Positions 18,525 through 27,747 are shown, counted from the first letter of the stretch. The stretch is 57,976 nucleotides of DNA from Gemmatimonadota bacterium (GCA_020344015.1 CP070812.1:4573990-4631965); one strand, 5' to 3'. The notes: generated by a model not told the origin, from the letters alone. A program made the numbers and translations.

Positions 18525-18553
18525 TTGACCTCTCTGTAGCGCCCGGGTAGCTT
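18525..18553 (+). promoter_or_regulatory. Candidate sigma70 promoter for PHP-trxB
   Basis: TTGACC-N17-TAGCTT. Confidence 0.5.
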
Positions 18554-18634
18554 AGCGCGGTCGGCCGTGGGCCTACCGGCTCCCGGCCTCTCTTTTACGG
18601 GAACCCAAGGTTGTTCTTAGGGGTGGTCCAACGC

Positions 18635-19510
18635 GTGACGGATCGCGACCGGTTCGACGCACCGAGTGACGTCGTCGATAGGATCGATCTCCACCTGCAC
18701 TCCGACCGCTCGGATGGGCTGCTGGGGCCGGCAGCGGTGATTGCCGCGGCCCAGGAGGCAGGACTGAGGGCGGTGTCTTTGACCGATCACGACACTCTGA
18801 ACGGTGTCGAGGAGGCAGCGGAGGCGGCTGCGGAGATAGGGCTCCCGTTCGTCCCCGGGATCGAATTCTCCTGCTACGACGATAACGGTTCGACGCACTT
18901 GCTCGGCTACTTCGTCGATCCCAGCCACGCCGAGCTCACCGAGTATCTGGCGAACGCCCGAGAGCTGCGCGTCGAACGGGCCCAGAAGATGGTGGAAAAG
19001 CTCAACCGGCTGAGTGTTGAAGTGACGCTGGACGATGTCAGGGCGCAGGCGTCCGAGCAGGGCCTGATCGCGCGGCCGCACGTGGCACGCGCACTGGTAG
19101 CGGGCGGTTGGGTGAAGGACTATAACGAGGCGTTCTATCGTTTCATCGCCGACGGCCAGCCGGCCTACGTGCCGACCTGGCGATTGAGCCCGGCTGAGGG
19201 GGTCCGCCGCATTCAAGATGCCGGCGGCCTGGCAATCCTGGCTCACGGTGGCAAGAGTCACAGCGAATCGGCCATCCGCGCGTTGGTGGACGCCGGACTC
19301 GACGGGCTCGAGACGCTTCATCCCGAGCACGGGCCCTACGAGGTGCGACGGCTTCGCCGGCTCGCCGAACAGCACGGACTACTCGAGACCGGTGGTTCGG
19401 ACTGGCACGGCCCACACGATGGCCGGCGCGGGCAGTTGGCCTCGCAGCCGGTCCCTTACGAGTGGTACGTTAGATTGCGTGATGCTGCTGAAGAACGCGC
19501 CAGCCAGTGA
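18635..19510 (+). CDS. PHP-domain phosphoesterase (TrpH/YciV-like)
   Basis: IDLHLHSDRSDG, LTDHD, GIEFS, HLLGY, RPHVARAL, GGSDWHG. Confidence 0.92.
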   Translation: MTDRDRFDAPSDVVDRIDLHLHSDRSDGLLGPAAVIAAAQEAGLRAVSLTDHDTLNGVEEAAEAAAEIGLPFVPGIEFSCYDDNGSTHLLGYFVDPSHAELTEYLANARELRVERAQKMVEKLNRLSVEVTLDDVRAQASEQGLIARPHVARALVAGGWVKDYNEAFYRFIADGQPAYVPTWRLSPAEGVRRIQDAGGLAILAHGGKSHSESAIRALVDAGLDGLETLHPEHGPYEVRRLRRLAEQHGLLETGGSDWHGPHDGRRGQLASQPVPYEWYVRLRDAAEERASQ

Positions 19511-19547
19511 GGTATCGAGGGGCGCGCTGAAGATAGAGGATCTAGAG

Positions 19548-20513
19548 ATGACGAACGACGCGGGCGAAAGGGAATTCGAGCTGGTCATCATCGGCGCGGG
19601 CCCGGCCGGGCTCACCGCCGGACTCTACGCGAAGCGATCGGAGCTGGAGGCCGTCGCGCTGGAGCGCGGGCTGCCCGGTGGCCAGTTGCTGAATACAGAC
19701 GTCATCGATGACTATCCCGGCCTCCCGGAGGTCGAAGGTCGCGAGCTGGCCGAGCGCATGACGAACCACGCCACGAAGTTCGGTTTGCGGATCGACACTG
19801 CGACGGTGACCGGGATCAAGAAGCTCGAGGACGGCGACTTCCGCATCGCCACGGCGGAGGGTCCCGTCTACAGAGCGCCGGCGGTCATCCTCACCGCCGG
19901 CGGCACGCCGGTCAAACTCAACGTACCCGGTGAAGAGGAGTACGCCGGCCGCGGTGTCAGCTACTGCGCCATCTGTGACGGTGCCTTTTTCAAAGGCGAA
20001 ACGATCGCGGTGGCCGGCGGTGGCGACGCGGCCACCGAGGAGGCCGAGTTCCTGACCCGCTACGTCGACAAGCTCTACCTGATTCACCGCCGCGATGAGC
20101 TTCGCGCCCAGAAGATTCTACAGAAAAGGATCTTCGAGAACCCGAAAATCGAGGTGGTCTGGGACACGGTGATCGAGGAAGTGCTTGGGGACGCCAACGG
20201 GATGACGGGGCTACAACTCAAGAACGTCAAATCCGGCGAGGGTAGCACCCTCGACGCCACCGGCCTCTTCGTGTTCATCGGCTTTCGTCCCAACACTGGG
20301 CTGCTCGAGGATCACGCCGATCACGACGCCGGCGGCTACCTGATCACCGATCGCGACATGCGCTCGTCGATTCCCGGACTGTTCGTCGGTGGCGACTGCC
20401 GCGCCCAGCTGACCCGCCAGATCACGACTGCCGTCGGCGACGCCACGACTGCGGTCATCGCCGCCGAGAAGTACCTCACCGAGCTGAAAGAGGCGCGCCA
20501 GGCGGTGCGCTGA
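19548..20513 (+). CDS. trxB: Thioredoxin-disulfide reductase
   Basis: IIGAGPAGLTAG, GRGVSYCAICDG, GGGDAA, IHRRD, FVFIGFRPN, RQITTAVGD. Confidence 0.95.
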   Translation: MTNDAGEREFELVIIGAGPAGLTAGLYAKRSELEAVALERGLPGGQLLNTDVIDDYPGLPEVEGRELAERMTNHATKFGLRIDTATVTGIKKLEDGDFRIATAEGPVYRAPAVILTAGGTPVKLNVPGEEEYAGRGVSYCAICDGAFFKGETIAVAGGGDAATEEAEFLTRYVDKLYLIHRRDELRAQKILQKRIFENPKIEVVWDTVIEEVLGDANGMTGLQLKNVKSGEGSTLDATGLFVFIGFRPNTGLLEDHADHDAGGYLITDRDMRSSIPGLFVGGDCRAQLTRQITTAVGDATTAVIAAEKYLTELKEARQAVR

Positions 20514-20526
20514 GAGGGTGATTGGT

Positions 20527-20578
20527 GCAACCCAGCGGCCGGCTTTTGCGTTGACATAAGGGCGTGCACGACTAAAAT
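20527..20578 (+). promoter_or_regulatory. Overlapping candidate promoters upstream of iscA/erpA
   Basis: ECF-like GCAAC-N18-GTT (20527-20552) and sigma70-like TTGACA-N16-TAAAAT (20551-20578). Confidence 0.5.
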
Positions 20579-20636
20579 CCCGGTATCGATAATTGTTAGC
20601 GAAACGAGTGTAAGGACTTTAGGGAGAACGAGATAG

Positions 20637-20990
20637 ATGGCTCATACGCAGCAGACCGCTTCCCTCAGCCTCACCGCCGAGGCCGCCGAGAAGGCGCGCG
20701 AGTTCTTGGGGCAACAGAACCTTACACCTGAGGCGGCGGGATTGCGGGTAGCCGTGCTACCCGGTGGGTGCTCCGGCTTCCAGTACGGGCTGAACCTGGA
20801 GGAGGAGCCGCGTGAGGACGACGAGATCATCGTGTCGAACGGGATCCGTCTGTTCGTCGATCCCTTCAGCTCTCAGTATCTGCAGGGCACGGTGATCGGC
20901 TATCACAGCTCATTTCAGGGTTCGGGCTTCACCTTCAGCAATCCGAACGCCTCCGGCGGCTGCGGCTGCGGGTCCTCGTTCGCGGTATAG
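20637..20990 (+). CDS. A-type Fe-S carrier (HesB/IscA/ErpA family)
   Basis: GLRVAVLPGGCSGFQY, FSNPNASGGCGCGSSF. Confidence 0.95.
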   Translation: MAHTQQTASLSLTAEAAEKAREFLGQQNLTPEAAGLRVAVLPGGCSGFQYGLNLEEEPREDDEIIVSNGIRLFVDPFSSQYLQGTVIGYHSSFQGSGFTFSNPNASGGCGCGSSFAV

Positions 20991-21009
20991 GGAGCGGGGG
21001 CGGCGGTGT

Positions 21010-21039
21010 AAGGGCCCGCGCCAGCGGGCCTTCCTTTTT
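21010..21039 (+). terminator. Rho-independent terminator
   Basis: AGGGCCCGC-GCCA-GCGGGCCTT stem-loop followed by CCTTTTT. Confidence 0.7.
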
Positions 21040-21084
21040 GCCTCCTCCCGCTAGACCTTATCTTCTCGAAGACATGGAGGACGG

Positions 21085-21714
21085 TTGAAGATCCTGGGCT
21101 TTGCAGTGGGGCCCTTGCAGGCCAACGCCTATCTGGCGATCTGTGAAGAGACGAGGCGCTGTGCGCTGGTCGACCCGGGCGCCGAGGCGGAGCGGCTGCT
21201 GGCTGCCGCGGCGAACCAGGGTGCGCAGATCGATTCGATCCTGCTGACGCACGCGCACCTCGATCACATCGGCGGCGTGGCTGCGGCGAAGCGCGAGACC
21301 GGCGTTCCGATTTATCTGCATACGGCCGATGCCGAGCTGTATCGCGCCGCGCCCATCCAGGCGCGGGGGTTCGGGCTGCAGCTCGAAGAACAGCCAGAGC
21401 CCGATCGGGAGCTGGAGGACGGGCAGATCCTCGAGGTGGGGGAAGGGAAGCTGGAAGTTCGTCACACGCCTGGACACTCGCCGGGCCACGTCTGCCTGGT
21501 CGGCGACGGGTTCGCTCTGGTGGGCGATTGTGTGTTCGCCGGCTCGATCGGCCGAACCGATCTGCCGGGCGGCGACTACCGGACTCTGATGGATTCGATC
21601 AACGAAAAGCTCCTCACGCTTCCCGATGAGACCACCCTCTACTCGGGTCACGGCCCAGAGACGACAGTGGGAAGGGAGCGCCGGACCAATCCCTTCCTGA
21701 CTGGAGTCTTCTAG
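21085..21714 (+). CDS. MBL-fold metallo-hydrolase (glyoxalase II-like, YcbL type)
   Basis: LTHAHLDHIG, HTPGHSPG, GDCVFAGSIGRTDLPGG, GHGPETT..ERRTNPF. Confidence 0.93.
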   Translation: MKILGFAVGPLQANAYLAICEETRRCALVDPGAEAERLLAAAANQGAQIDSILLTHAHLDHIGGVAAAKRETGVPIYLHTADAELYRAAPIQARGFGLQLEEQPEPDRELEDGQILEVGEGKLEVRHTPGHSPGHVCLVGDGFALVGDCVFAGSIGRTDLPGGDYRTLMDSINEKLLTLPDETTLYSGHGPETTVGRERRTNPFLTGVF

Positions 21715-21785
21715 TGGAACGGGTGAGCGAAGGTCTGGGGGACTGCTCTGACTGAGCGCGGGAGAACTCAGCCTCGAGAGGTCCT

Positions 21786-22859
21786 GTGAGAAAAAAAGGA
21801 CAAACGAATCGCGGAGTCGGATGCGGCAAGCCGCGGCTCGCCGAACTCAAGGCGGCGCTGGACGGCGGCGGCCAGATGCTCATCCTGACACATGACAACC
21901 CGGATCCCGACGCTCTGGCGAGCGCCTTCGCCCTGCTGAAGCTGGTGGAGACGTTCGACGGCCTTGCGGCGCGCATCGGATTTGGCGGCTTCGTCGGTCG
22001 CGCTGAGAACCGCACAATGGTCCGGGAGCTGCAACTTCCCGTGAAGCAGACCAGCCGGGTGACCTTCGACGACGCCGACGTCATAGCGCTGGTCGATACG
22101 CAGCCGGGCACGCTCAACAACTCGCTGCCGGATGATCGTAAGGCGACGATCGTCATCGACCATCACCCGATCCGTCCCGAGACGAAAAAGGTGAAGTTCG
22201 CCGATGTGCGTGAGGGCTGCGGCTCGACCTGCACGATAATGACGCAGTATCTACAGGCTGCGGGCGTCCCGCTGGTGGGGGACGTGGCGACCGCCCTCTT
22301 TTACGGGATCCAGTCGGAGACGCAGGACCTGGGGCGCGAGGCCGAGCAGGCCGATATCCAGGCGAGCCTGGCGCTCTACCCGGGAGCCAATCGCGAGTTG
22401 ATCTCCCGCATCCGCTACCCGGACCTGGGACGCCCGTACTTCAAGTCGCTGCATCGCTCGCTCGAGCGAGCGCGCACGCGCGGCCCGGTGATCATCTCGT
22501 ACATCGGCATGCTCGACTATCCGGATCTCGTGGCCGAACTGGCCGATTTCTATCTGCGCTTCGAGGGCGCCTACTGGTCCTTCTGCATTGGGCAGTTCAA
22601 AGAAGACATAGTCATCTCGATACGGACATCGCTGCGCGATGCAGCCGCGGGTGACTTATTGCGTCGGGTGGTCGGAAAAGATGGAAGCGCCGGCGGTCAC
22701 GGCATGATGGCCGGCGCGCGCGTGCCGATCCTCGACCTGTCGGCCGAGGACGTCCGCCTGAGAATGGAAGAACTGGTGAACCGGTTCATCAAAGAGCTGG
22801 GCGTCGAGGACGAGACGGGCGGCGGCCTTCTCGATTCCACCGCGGCGGGTGGGACCTGA
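21786..22859 (+). CDS. DHH family phosphoesterase
   Basis: THDNPDPDALAS, LVDTQP, IDHH, GSAGGHGMMAG. Confidence 0.9.
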   Translation: MRKKGQTNRGVGCGKPRLAELKAALDGGGQMLILTHDNPDPDALASAFALLKLVETFDGLAARIGFGGFVGRAENRTMVRELQLPVKQTSRVTFDDADVIALVDTQPGTLNNSLPDDRKATIVIDHHPIRPETKKVKFADVREGCGSTCTIMTQYLQAAGVPLVGDVATALFYGIQSETQDLGREAEQADIQASLALYPGANRELISRIRYPDLGRPYFKSLHRSLERARTRGPVIISYIGMLDYPDLVAELADFYLRFEGAYWSFCIGQFKEDIVISIRTSLRDAAAGDLLRRVVGKDGSAGGHGMMAGARVPILDLSAEDVRLRMEELVNRFIKELGVEDETGGGLLDSTAAGGT

Positions 22860-22872
22860 CGAGGAGGACGTC

Positions 22873-23481
22873 GTGCTCAGCGTGGGTCTCACGGGGAACG
22901 TAGGTGCCGGCAAATCGACCGTCGTCGCCCTGTTCGCCGGCTGGGGCGCGACGGTCATCGATACCGACGTTCTGGCCCGCGAAGTAGTTGAACCGGGCAG
23001 CCCGGCGCTGGCGTTGATCGGCGAGCTGTTTGGCGAAGAGGTAGTCACGGAAGAGGGCGAGCTTGACCGCGCCGCCGTTCGGCGCGTCATCTTCGCTGAC
23101 CTCGGAGCCCGTGAACAGCTCGAGGCGATCCTGCATCCGGCCATCCGCGCGCGCTTTGCCGAGCTCCTCATCGAGGCGGAAGCACGCGGCGATCGCATCG
23201 TGATCGGAGTAGTACCGCTGCTCTACGAGAAGTCGATGGAGGCAGACTTCGACGCTGTGCTGCTCGTCGACGCGCCGCTCGATGTGCGGATCGAACGATT
23301 GGTGAGCAAGCGTGGGCTGAGCGCCGATGAGGCCCGTGCAATCGCCGCCGCGCAGATGCCGGCTGAAGAAAAACGAGCGCGCGCCGACTTCATCATCGAT
23401 AACGACTCCGACATCCCGACACTCGAACGGCGGGCATGGGAGACCTGGAAAGAGATCGAGAAGTTGAGCCGGTCGCCGTGA
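22873..23481 (+). CDS. coaE: Dephospho-CoA kinase
   Basis: VGLTGNVGAGKST, LDRAA, LEAILHPAI, VPLLYE, AQMP...K...ADFIIDN; RBS GAGGAGG before GTG 22873. Confidence 0.95.
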   Translation: MLSVGLTGNVGAGKSTVVALFAGWGATVIDTDVLAREVVEPGSPALALIGELFGEEVVTEEGELDRAAVRRVIFADLGAREQLEAILHPAIRARFAELLIEAEARGDRIVIGVVPLLYEKSMEADFDAVLLVDAPLDVRIERLVSKRGLSADEARAIAAAQMPAEEKRARADFIIDNDSDIPTLERRAWETWKEIEKLSRSP

Positions 23482-24128
23482 GCACGCTGCGGCTCGACCT
23501 GCACATCCACACTAGGGCTTCCTACGACTGCCTCAGCGATTACCCAGATGTCATCGCCACGGCTCGTGCCCGCGGGCTCGACCGCATCGCCGTCACCGAC
23601 CACAACGAGATCGAGGGAGCCCTCCGAGCTCGCGACCTGGCACCCGAGCTGGTGATCGTCGGCGAGGAGATCAAGACCGCGGAGGGAGTCGATGTCATCG
23701 GCCTCTTCATCTCAGAGAAGATCCCTAAGGGGAGGCCGGCGGTCGAGACCGCCCAAGCCATCCGTGGGCAGGGCGGGCTGATCTACATTCCCCATCCGTT
23801 CGCCGGCGGCAAAGGTCCCGGCCCCCAGGTGCTGGCAGCGATCGAGCCCTATGTCGATGTCGTCGAGATCTTCAACGCACGCATCCATAAGCCGGCGCTC
23901 AACGAAATGGCGAAGCAATGGGCGGAAAAGCGGGACCTGGCGGGCGGCGCCGGCTCCGATGCCCACACGCTGCGCGAGATCGGGCGTGGCGTGATCGAGG
24001 TGCCGGAGTACGCTGGTAGCGAGGGCTTCCTCGATGCTCTGCGAGCCGGCCGCATCGTCGGTCGCTACTCGAGCTACCTCGTCCACCTTGCCTCGACCTG
24101 GGCGAAGATCGCGCCCCGTGCCCGGTAG
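23478..24128 (+). CDS. PHP-domain protein
   Basis: DLHIHT..SYD, AVTDHN, GEEI, IPHPF, EIFNAR, GSDAH; GTGA overlap with coaE. Confidence 0.9.
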   Translation: MSTLRLDLHIHTRASYDCLSDYPDVIATARARGLDRIAVTDHNEIEGALRARDLAPELVIVGEEIKTAEGVDVIGLFISEKIPKGRPAVETAQAIRGQGGLIYIPHPFAGGKGPGPQVLAAIEPYVDVVEIFNARIHKPALNEMAKQWAEKRDLAGGAGSDAHTLREIGRGVIEVPEYAGSEGFLDALRAGRIVGRYSSYLVHLASTWAKIAPRAR

Positions 24129-24142
24129 CGACCGGTCGTTGC

Positions 24143-24171
24143 TTGACACCTCCAGCCCACGCCCGTAGAGT
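24143..24171 (+). promoter_or_regulatory. Candidate sigma70 promoter
   Basis: TTGACA-N17-TAGAGT. Confidence 0.55.
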
Positions 24172-24211
24172 AGCGCGACCCTGACCGCCTTTCACTGAAC
24201 TGCGAAATCAC

Positions 24212-25963
24212 ATGGAACTCCTAGAGAACATCCTCGGCACGCTGTCCGATTACATCTGGAACCGGGGGATTCCGGTCGCGGGGGAAGAGGTCCCTTGGGT
24301 CGTCGTCGTTTTGCTGGGCGCCGGCTTGTTCCTGACCGTGAAGCTCGGATTCCTACAGCTGCGCAAATTGGGTCACGGCTTCGCGGTTACCTCAGGGATC
24401 TACGATGATCCCGCGGAACCGGGTGACGTATCCCACTTCCAGGCGCTGACCACGGCACTCTCGGCGACGGTGGGGATCGGCAACATCGCCGGCGTCGCTC
24501 TGGCGATTCACTGGGGCGGCCCCGGGGCACTGTTCTGGATGTGGGTTACGGCGCTGGTCGGGATGGCCACCAAGTACACCGAGGTGACACTGGCCCAGCG
24601 CTATCGGGACGTGGAGAGAGAGGATCTCGATCCGTACAAGTGGGAGGGTACGGTCTCCGGCGGACCGATGTACTACATCGAGCGCGGTCTGGGTCCCTCC
24701 TGGAAGCCGCTGGCGGTGTTCTTCGCTGGGATGCTCGGTACGACTGCGTTTCTCACCGGCAACGCCATCCAGGCGAACACGGTGGCGGACACGCTGAACA
24801 CGACCCTGGGCATGCCCGTCTGGGTGACCGGTCTGGTGACAGCGAGCATCGTCGCCATGGTGGTAATCGGCGGGATCACGCGAATCGGCAAGGTGACCGG
24901 CGTCCTGGCACCGACGATGGCGGTGATCTACGTGACCGGCGCGCTCACGATCATCGCGCTGCACGCCGACCAGGTGATCCCCACCTTCGGGCTGATCTTC
25001 CGCGAGGCGTTCAATCCGACGGCAAGTATCGCCGGGTCCGGTGCGGGAGTCTTTCTGCTCACGATGATCTGGGGCGTGAAGCGGGGGCTCTTCTCCAATG
25101 AGGCAGGTCAGGGCTCGGCACCCATTGCTCACGCCGCCGCCAAGACGGACGAGCCCGTTTCCGAGGGTGTCGTCGCGCTCGTCGAGCCGTTTATCGATAC
25201 TATCCTGATCTGTACGATGACCGGCCTGGTGATCATCATGACGGGTGTCTGGGATATCCGTGTCCCTACCGAGATCACCTTGGACAAGGGTGACATCGCG
25301 TACGTGATCGAGCAGGCCGATGGGGACTATGCTGATTTCGATGACCTGGCTCGGATAAGAATCGCCGACGGCCGTTACGTCGACACGGGCGCCGGCGCGG
25401 TCCAACTGACCTGGCACGAAGTTATAGTCGACCAGCTCTACACAGACGAGGAGCAGACGAGGCTCTTCAACGGGATCGTCGATACGGATCGCGACATCGC
25501 CGTGGCCGAAGACGGTAACGAGTATACGTCGCTGTTCGGCAACGCCGCCGAGAGCGGCGCGCCGTTGACGATGATTGCCTTCCAGCAAGGCCTGCCCGGC
25601 GATATCGGCCTCTATATCGTGGTGTTGAGCGTCTTCCTGTTCGCTATCTCCACCGCCATTTCCTGGAGCTACTACGGCGACCGCTGCGCGAACTATCTGT
25701 TCGGGCACCGCGCGGTGCTGCCGTACAAATTCGTCTTCGTCACCATGCACTTCATCGGGGCGATCCTGACGCTGGCGGTCGCCTGGACACTTGGTGACGT
25801 GTTCTTAGGGATCGTGATCCTGCCCAACCTGCTGGCGCTGATCCTACTGTCCGGGAAAGTGAAGCAGATGACGGGGAGCTACTTCGAGCGCAAGCCCTGG
25901 GTCGAGAATCGCGAGGCGCATCGCCGCTGGAAGGAGCAGCAGAGGTACAAAAGGCTAGATTAG
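24212..25963 (+). CDS. Alanine/glycine:cation symporter (AGCS) with extra soluble loop
   Basis: SHFQALTTALSATVGIGNIAGVA, GGPGALFWMW, GGPMYYI, GVKRGLFSNEAGQGSAPIAHA, PFIDT, SWSYYG. Confidence 0.95.
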   Translation: MELLENILGTLSDYIWNRGIPVAGEEVPWVVVVLLGAGLFLTVKLGFLQLRKLGHGFAVTSGIYDDPAEPGDVSHFQALTTALSATVGIGNIAGVALAIHWGGPGALFWMWVTALVGMATKYTEVTLAQRYRDVEREDLDPYKWEGTVSGGPMYYIERGLGPSWKPLAVFFAGMLGTTAFLTGNAIQANTVADTLNTTLGMPVWVTGLVTASIVAMVVIGGITRIGKVTGVLAPTMAVIYVTGALTIIALHADQVIPTFGLIFREAFNPTASIAGSGAGVFLLTMIWGVKRGLFSNEAGQGSAPIAHAAAKTDEPVSEGVVALVEPFIDTILICTMTGLVIIMTGVWDIRVPTEITLDKGDIAYVIEQADGDYADFDDLARIRIADGRYVDTGAGAVQLTWHEVIVDQLYTDEEQTRLFNGIVDTDRDIAVAEDGNEYTSLFGNAAESGAPLTMIAFQQGLPGDIGLYIVVLSVFLFAISTAISWSYYGDRCANYLFGHRAVLPYKFVFVTMHFIGAILTLAVAWTLGDVFLGIVILPNLLALILLSGKVKQMTGSYFERKPWVENREAHRRWKEQQRYKRLD

Positions 25964-25964
25964 G

Positions 25965-26975
25965 TTGGATTTGCCGGCCCACCGCCTCGACCTGGCGAAG
26001 CGCATAGCAGAGCGACTGAAGGGCTCCACGTCGATCGCCGTTTCCACCCATGTCAACGGTGACGGCGACGGCTGGGGCTCGGCCAGTGCTCTCGCCCATC
26101 ACTTTGGCAGCCGCGGCACTGAGGTTCGCCTGCTCGCGGCCACGCCGTTCCCCGAGCGTTACCGTTTCATGCTCCCGGAGGGTGTCGAGCCGCTCGACCC
26201 GGATGCAGTCGGCGTCGAGGCGCTGCGCAGCGCCTCCACTCAGGTCGTCCTCGATGCCTCGGAGCCGAGCCGGTTGGGTGAATTCAGGCTACACTTCGAG
26301 CGTCAGCGCACCATCGTCATCGACCACCACGCCGTCGCCGCCGGCGAAATCGAGGCCGACCTGTCGCTGATAGACCCCGCTGCCGCCGCCACGGCCGAGT
26401 TGCTCTACGACGTGCTTCTTCAGACCGGCGACCCCGTCGGGCCGCTGGCGGCCCAGGCGCTCTACGTCGGCCTGGTGACCGACACGGGCTCGTTCCGCTA
26501 TTCCAACTCCACACCCAGGGCGCACCGCATGGCGGCCGCCCTGATTGAGGCCGGCGTCAACACCGAAGCGCTCTATCAGCCGCTGTTCGCGAACCTGAGG
26601 CCGGCGGAGTTAAGCACGCTGCAAGCTGCGCTCGAGCGGATGCAGCACGATGAGGAGTACGGGATCACCTGGGCGGCTCTGGAGCTGGACGTCTCGCGCG
26701 AGCTGGGTGCGCTCATGGAGTATGAGGGGGTCCTCGAGCATCTGCGCAATCTAGCGGGGACAGAGGTCGCTATCCTCCTTCGCGAGCTCGAGGGCGGAGA
26801 GGTGAAGGTCTCGCTCCGCTCGACTGGGGCGGCGGACGTGGCGACGGTAGCCCGGTTGTTCGGCGGCGGCGGGCACACCAAAGCAGCAGGCGCCGTGGTC
26901 TCGGGGAATGTAGGCGAGGCCACAGCACTGGTGCTGGCGGCCTGCCGGTCGGCCCTTGAGCAATCTACTCCTTGA
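25965..26975 (+). CDS. nrnA: DHH/DHHA1 phosphoesterase, NrnA-like oligoribonuclease/PAP phosphatase
   Basis: THVNGDGDG, IDHH, LYVGLVTDTGSFRYS, KVSLRS, FGGGGHTKAAG. Confidence 0.9.
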   Translation: MDLPAHRLDLAKRIAERLKGSTSIAVSTHVNGDGDGWGSASALAHHFGSRGTEVRLLAATPFPERYRFMLPEGVEPLDPDAVGVEALRSASTQVVLDASEPSRLGEFRLHFERQRTIVIDHHAVAAGEIEADLSLIDPAAAATAELLYDVLLQTGDPVGPLAAQALYVGLVTDTGSFRYSNSTPRAHRMAAALIEAGVNTEALYQPLFANLRPAELSTLQAALERMQHDEEYGITWAALELDVSRELGALMEYEGVLEHLRNLAGTEVAILLRELEGGEVKVSLRSTGAADVATVARLFGGGGHTKAAGAVVSGNVGEATALVLAACRSALEQSTP

Positions 26976-27000
26976 GAGTCGGCGCTCAGCGCCGTATCTT
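26972..27000 (+). promoter_or_regulatory. Candidate sigma70 promoter
   Basis: TTGAGA-N17-TATCTT. Confidence 0.5.
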
Positions 27001-27135
27001 GGGGGAGTCAGCGGGTGAACAAAGGCCGTAAGTCGGCCTACCGCGCGAGGTTCCCGGTTGAGGGGATGAGGATATCCCCGTAGGCCGGGTGTGAGTGTAG
27101 CAGCCTGTGATGCTGGGTGAGGGAGGTGGAGGCCG

Positions 27136-27747
27136 GTGAGTCTGCATCAGAGGAACGGCAGTGCGAATGGCTCCAGGCGTAGAATGCTCCTAAAGGGTGT
27201 ACGCGGTCCAACCAGGCCGGATCGGGTGCTTCCGCTCGAACTACGGCTTCGAGCCATAGCCGACAACATTCCCGCCGCGAACATCGATGAGCTGTGGGTC
27301 TTCCCGCCGCTCCCCAACCGCGATCTCGCCTGCGAGTTCATCGTTCTCGTGTGCTTCGATGGTGGCGAAGATCGCCGCCGCATCCTGACATCCCCCGTCG
27401 ACGCTCGGTTCAAGGATCCGGAGAGCGACGAATTCGAGTGGGTCCAGCGGATTCGCGAGCAGGGAACGACGTCGCAGCGCTGGGTGGCGGCCATTCCCGA
27501 CCGGCTACTTCAGCGACTCGCCGATGCTGGCGTTCCTGAAGTCGTCCGGGTTGGCGGCGAATCCGAAGCTTGGGAGGCGGCCGTCGAGCGCTTGACGAAC
27601 GGGAACGGCTGTGAGAACGGGGACGGCGCCGAGCGAGAGCGCAGCGCTTTGCTGATTGACAGCAGCGTCATACCTGTAGTAAGTTTTAGTACTATTATTG
27701 AAGCGGACGTTCCCGGGAACGGCTCACCCAGTGAATTGGAACAGTGA
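27136..27747 (+). CDS. Hypothetical protein
   Basis: 203 aa ORF with RBS GGAGG; globular core IDELWVFPPL...RRRILT; start uncertain. Confidence 0.7.
   Translation: MSLHQRNGSANGSRRRMLLKGVRGPTRPDRVLPLELRLRAIADNIPAANIDELWVFPPLPNRDLACEFIVLVCFDGGEDRRRILTSPVDARFKDPESDEFEWVQRIREQGTTSQRWVAAIPDRLLQRLADAGVPEVVRVGGESEAWEAAVERLTNGNGCENGDGAERERSALLIDSSVIPVVSFSTIIEADVPGNGSPSELEQ
27656..27702 (+). promoter_or_regulatory. Internal promoter and AT-rich Fur/Per-box-like site for the Fur-family gene
   Basis: TTGACA-N18-TAAGTT followed by TTTTAGTACTATTATTGAA, an AT-rich patch in a high-GC context. Confidence 0.5.

Noticed and set aside
20565-20592. IscR/Rrf2 operator upstream of iscA/erpA
   Set aside because: Only GACTAAAAT resembles the motif, and it coincides with a -10 element; too weak to call
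24129-24211. Glycine riboswitch upstream of the AGCS symporter
   Set aside because: Gap is only 83 nt, largely taken by a promoter, with no GGAGA/CCGAAG/CTCTCAGG motifs
24392-25750. 452-aa minus-strand ORF, and similar long antisense ORFs (53702-55009, 56755-57732, 16115-17038, 28915-29814)
   Set aside because: Shadows of well-supported genes on the other strand, expected in high-GC DNA; no recognisable motifs
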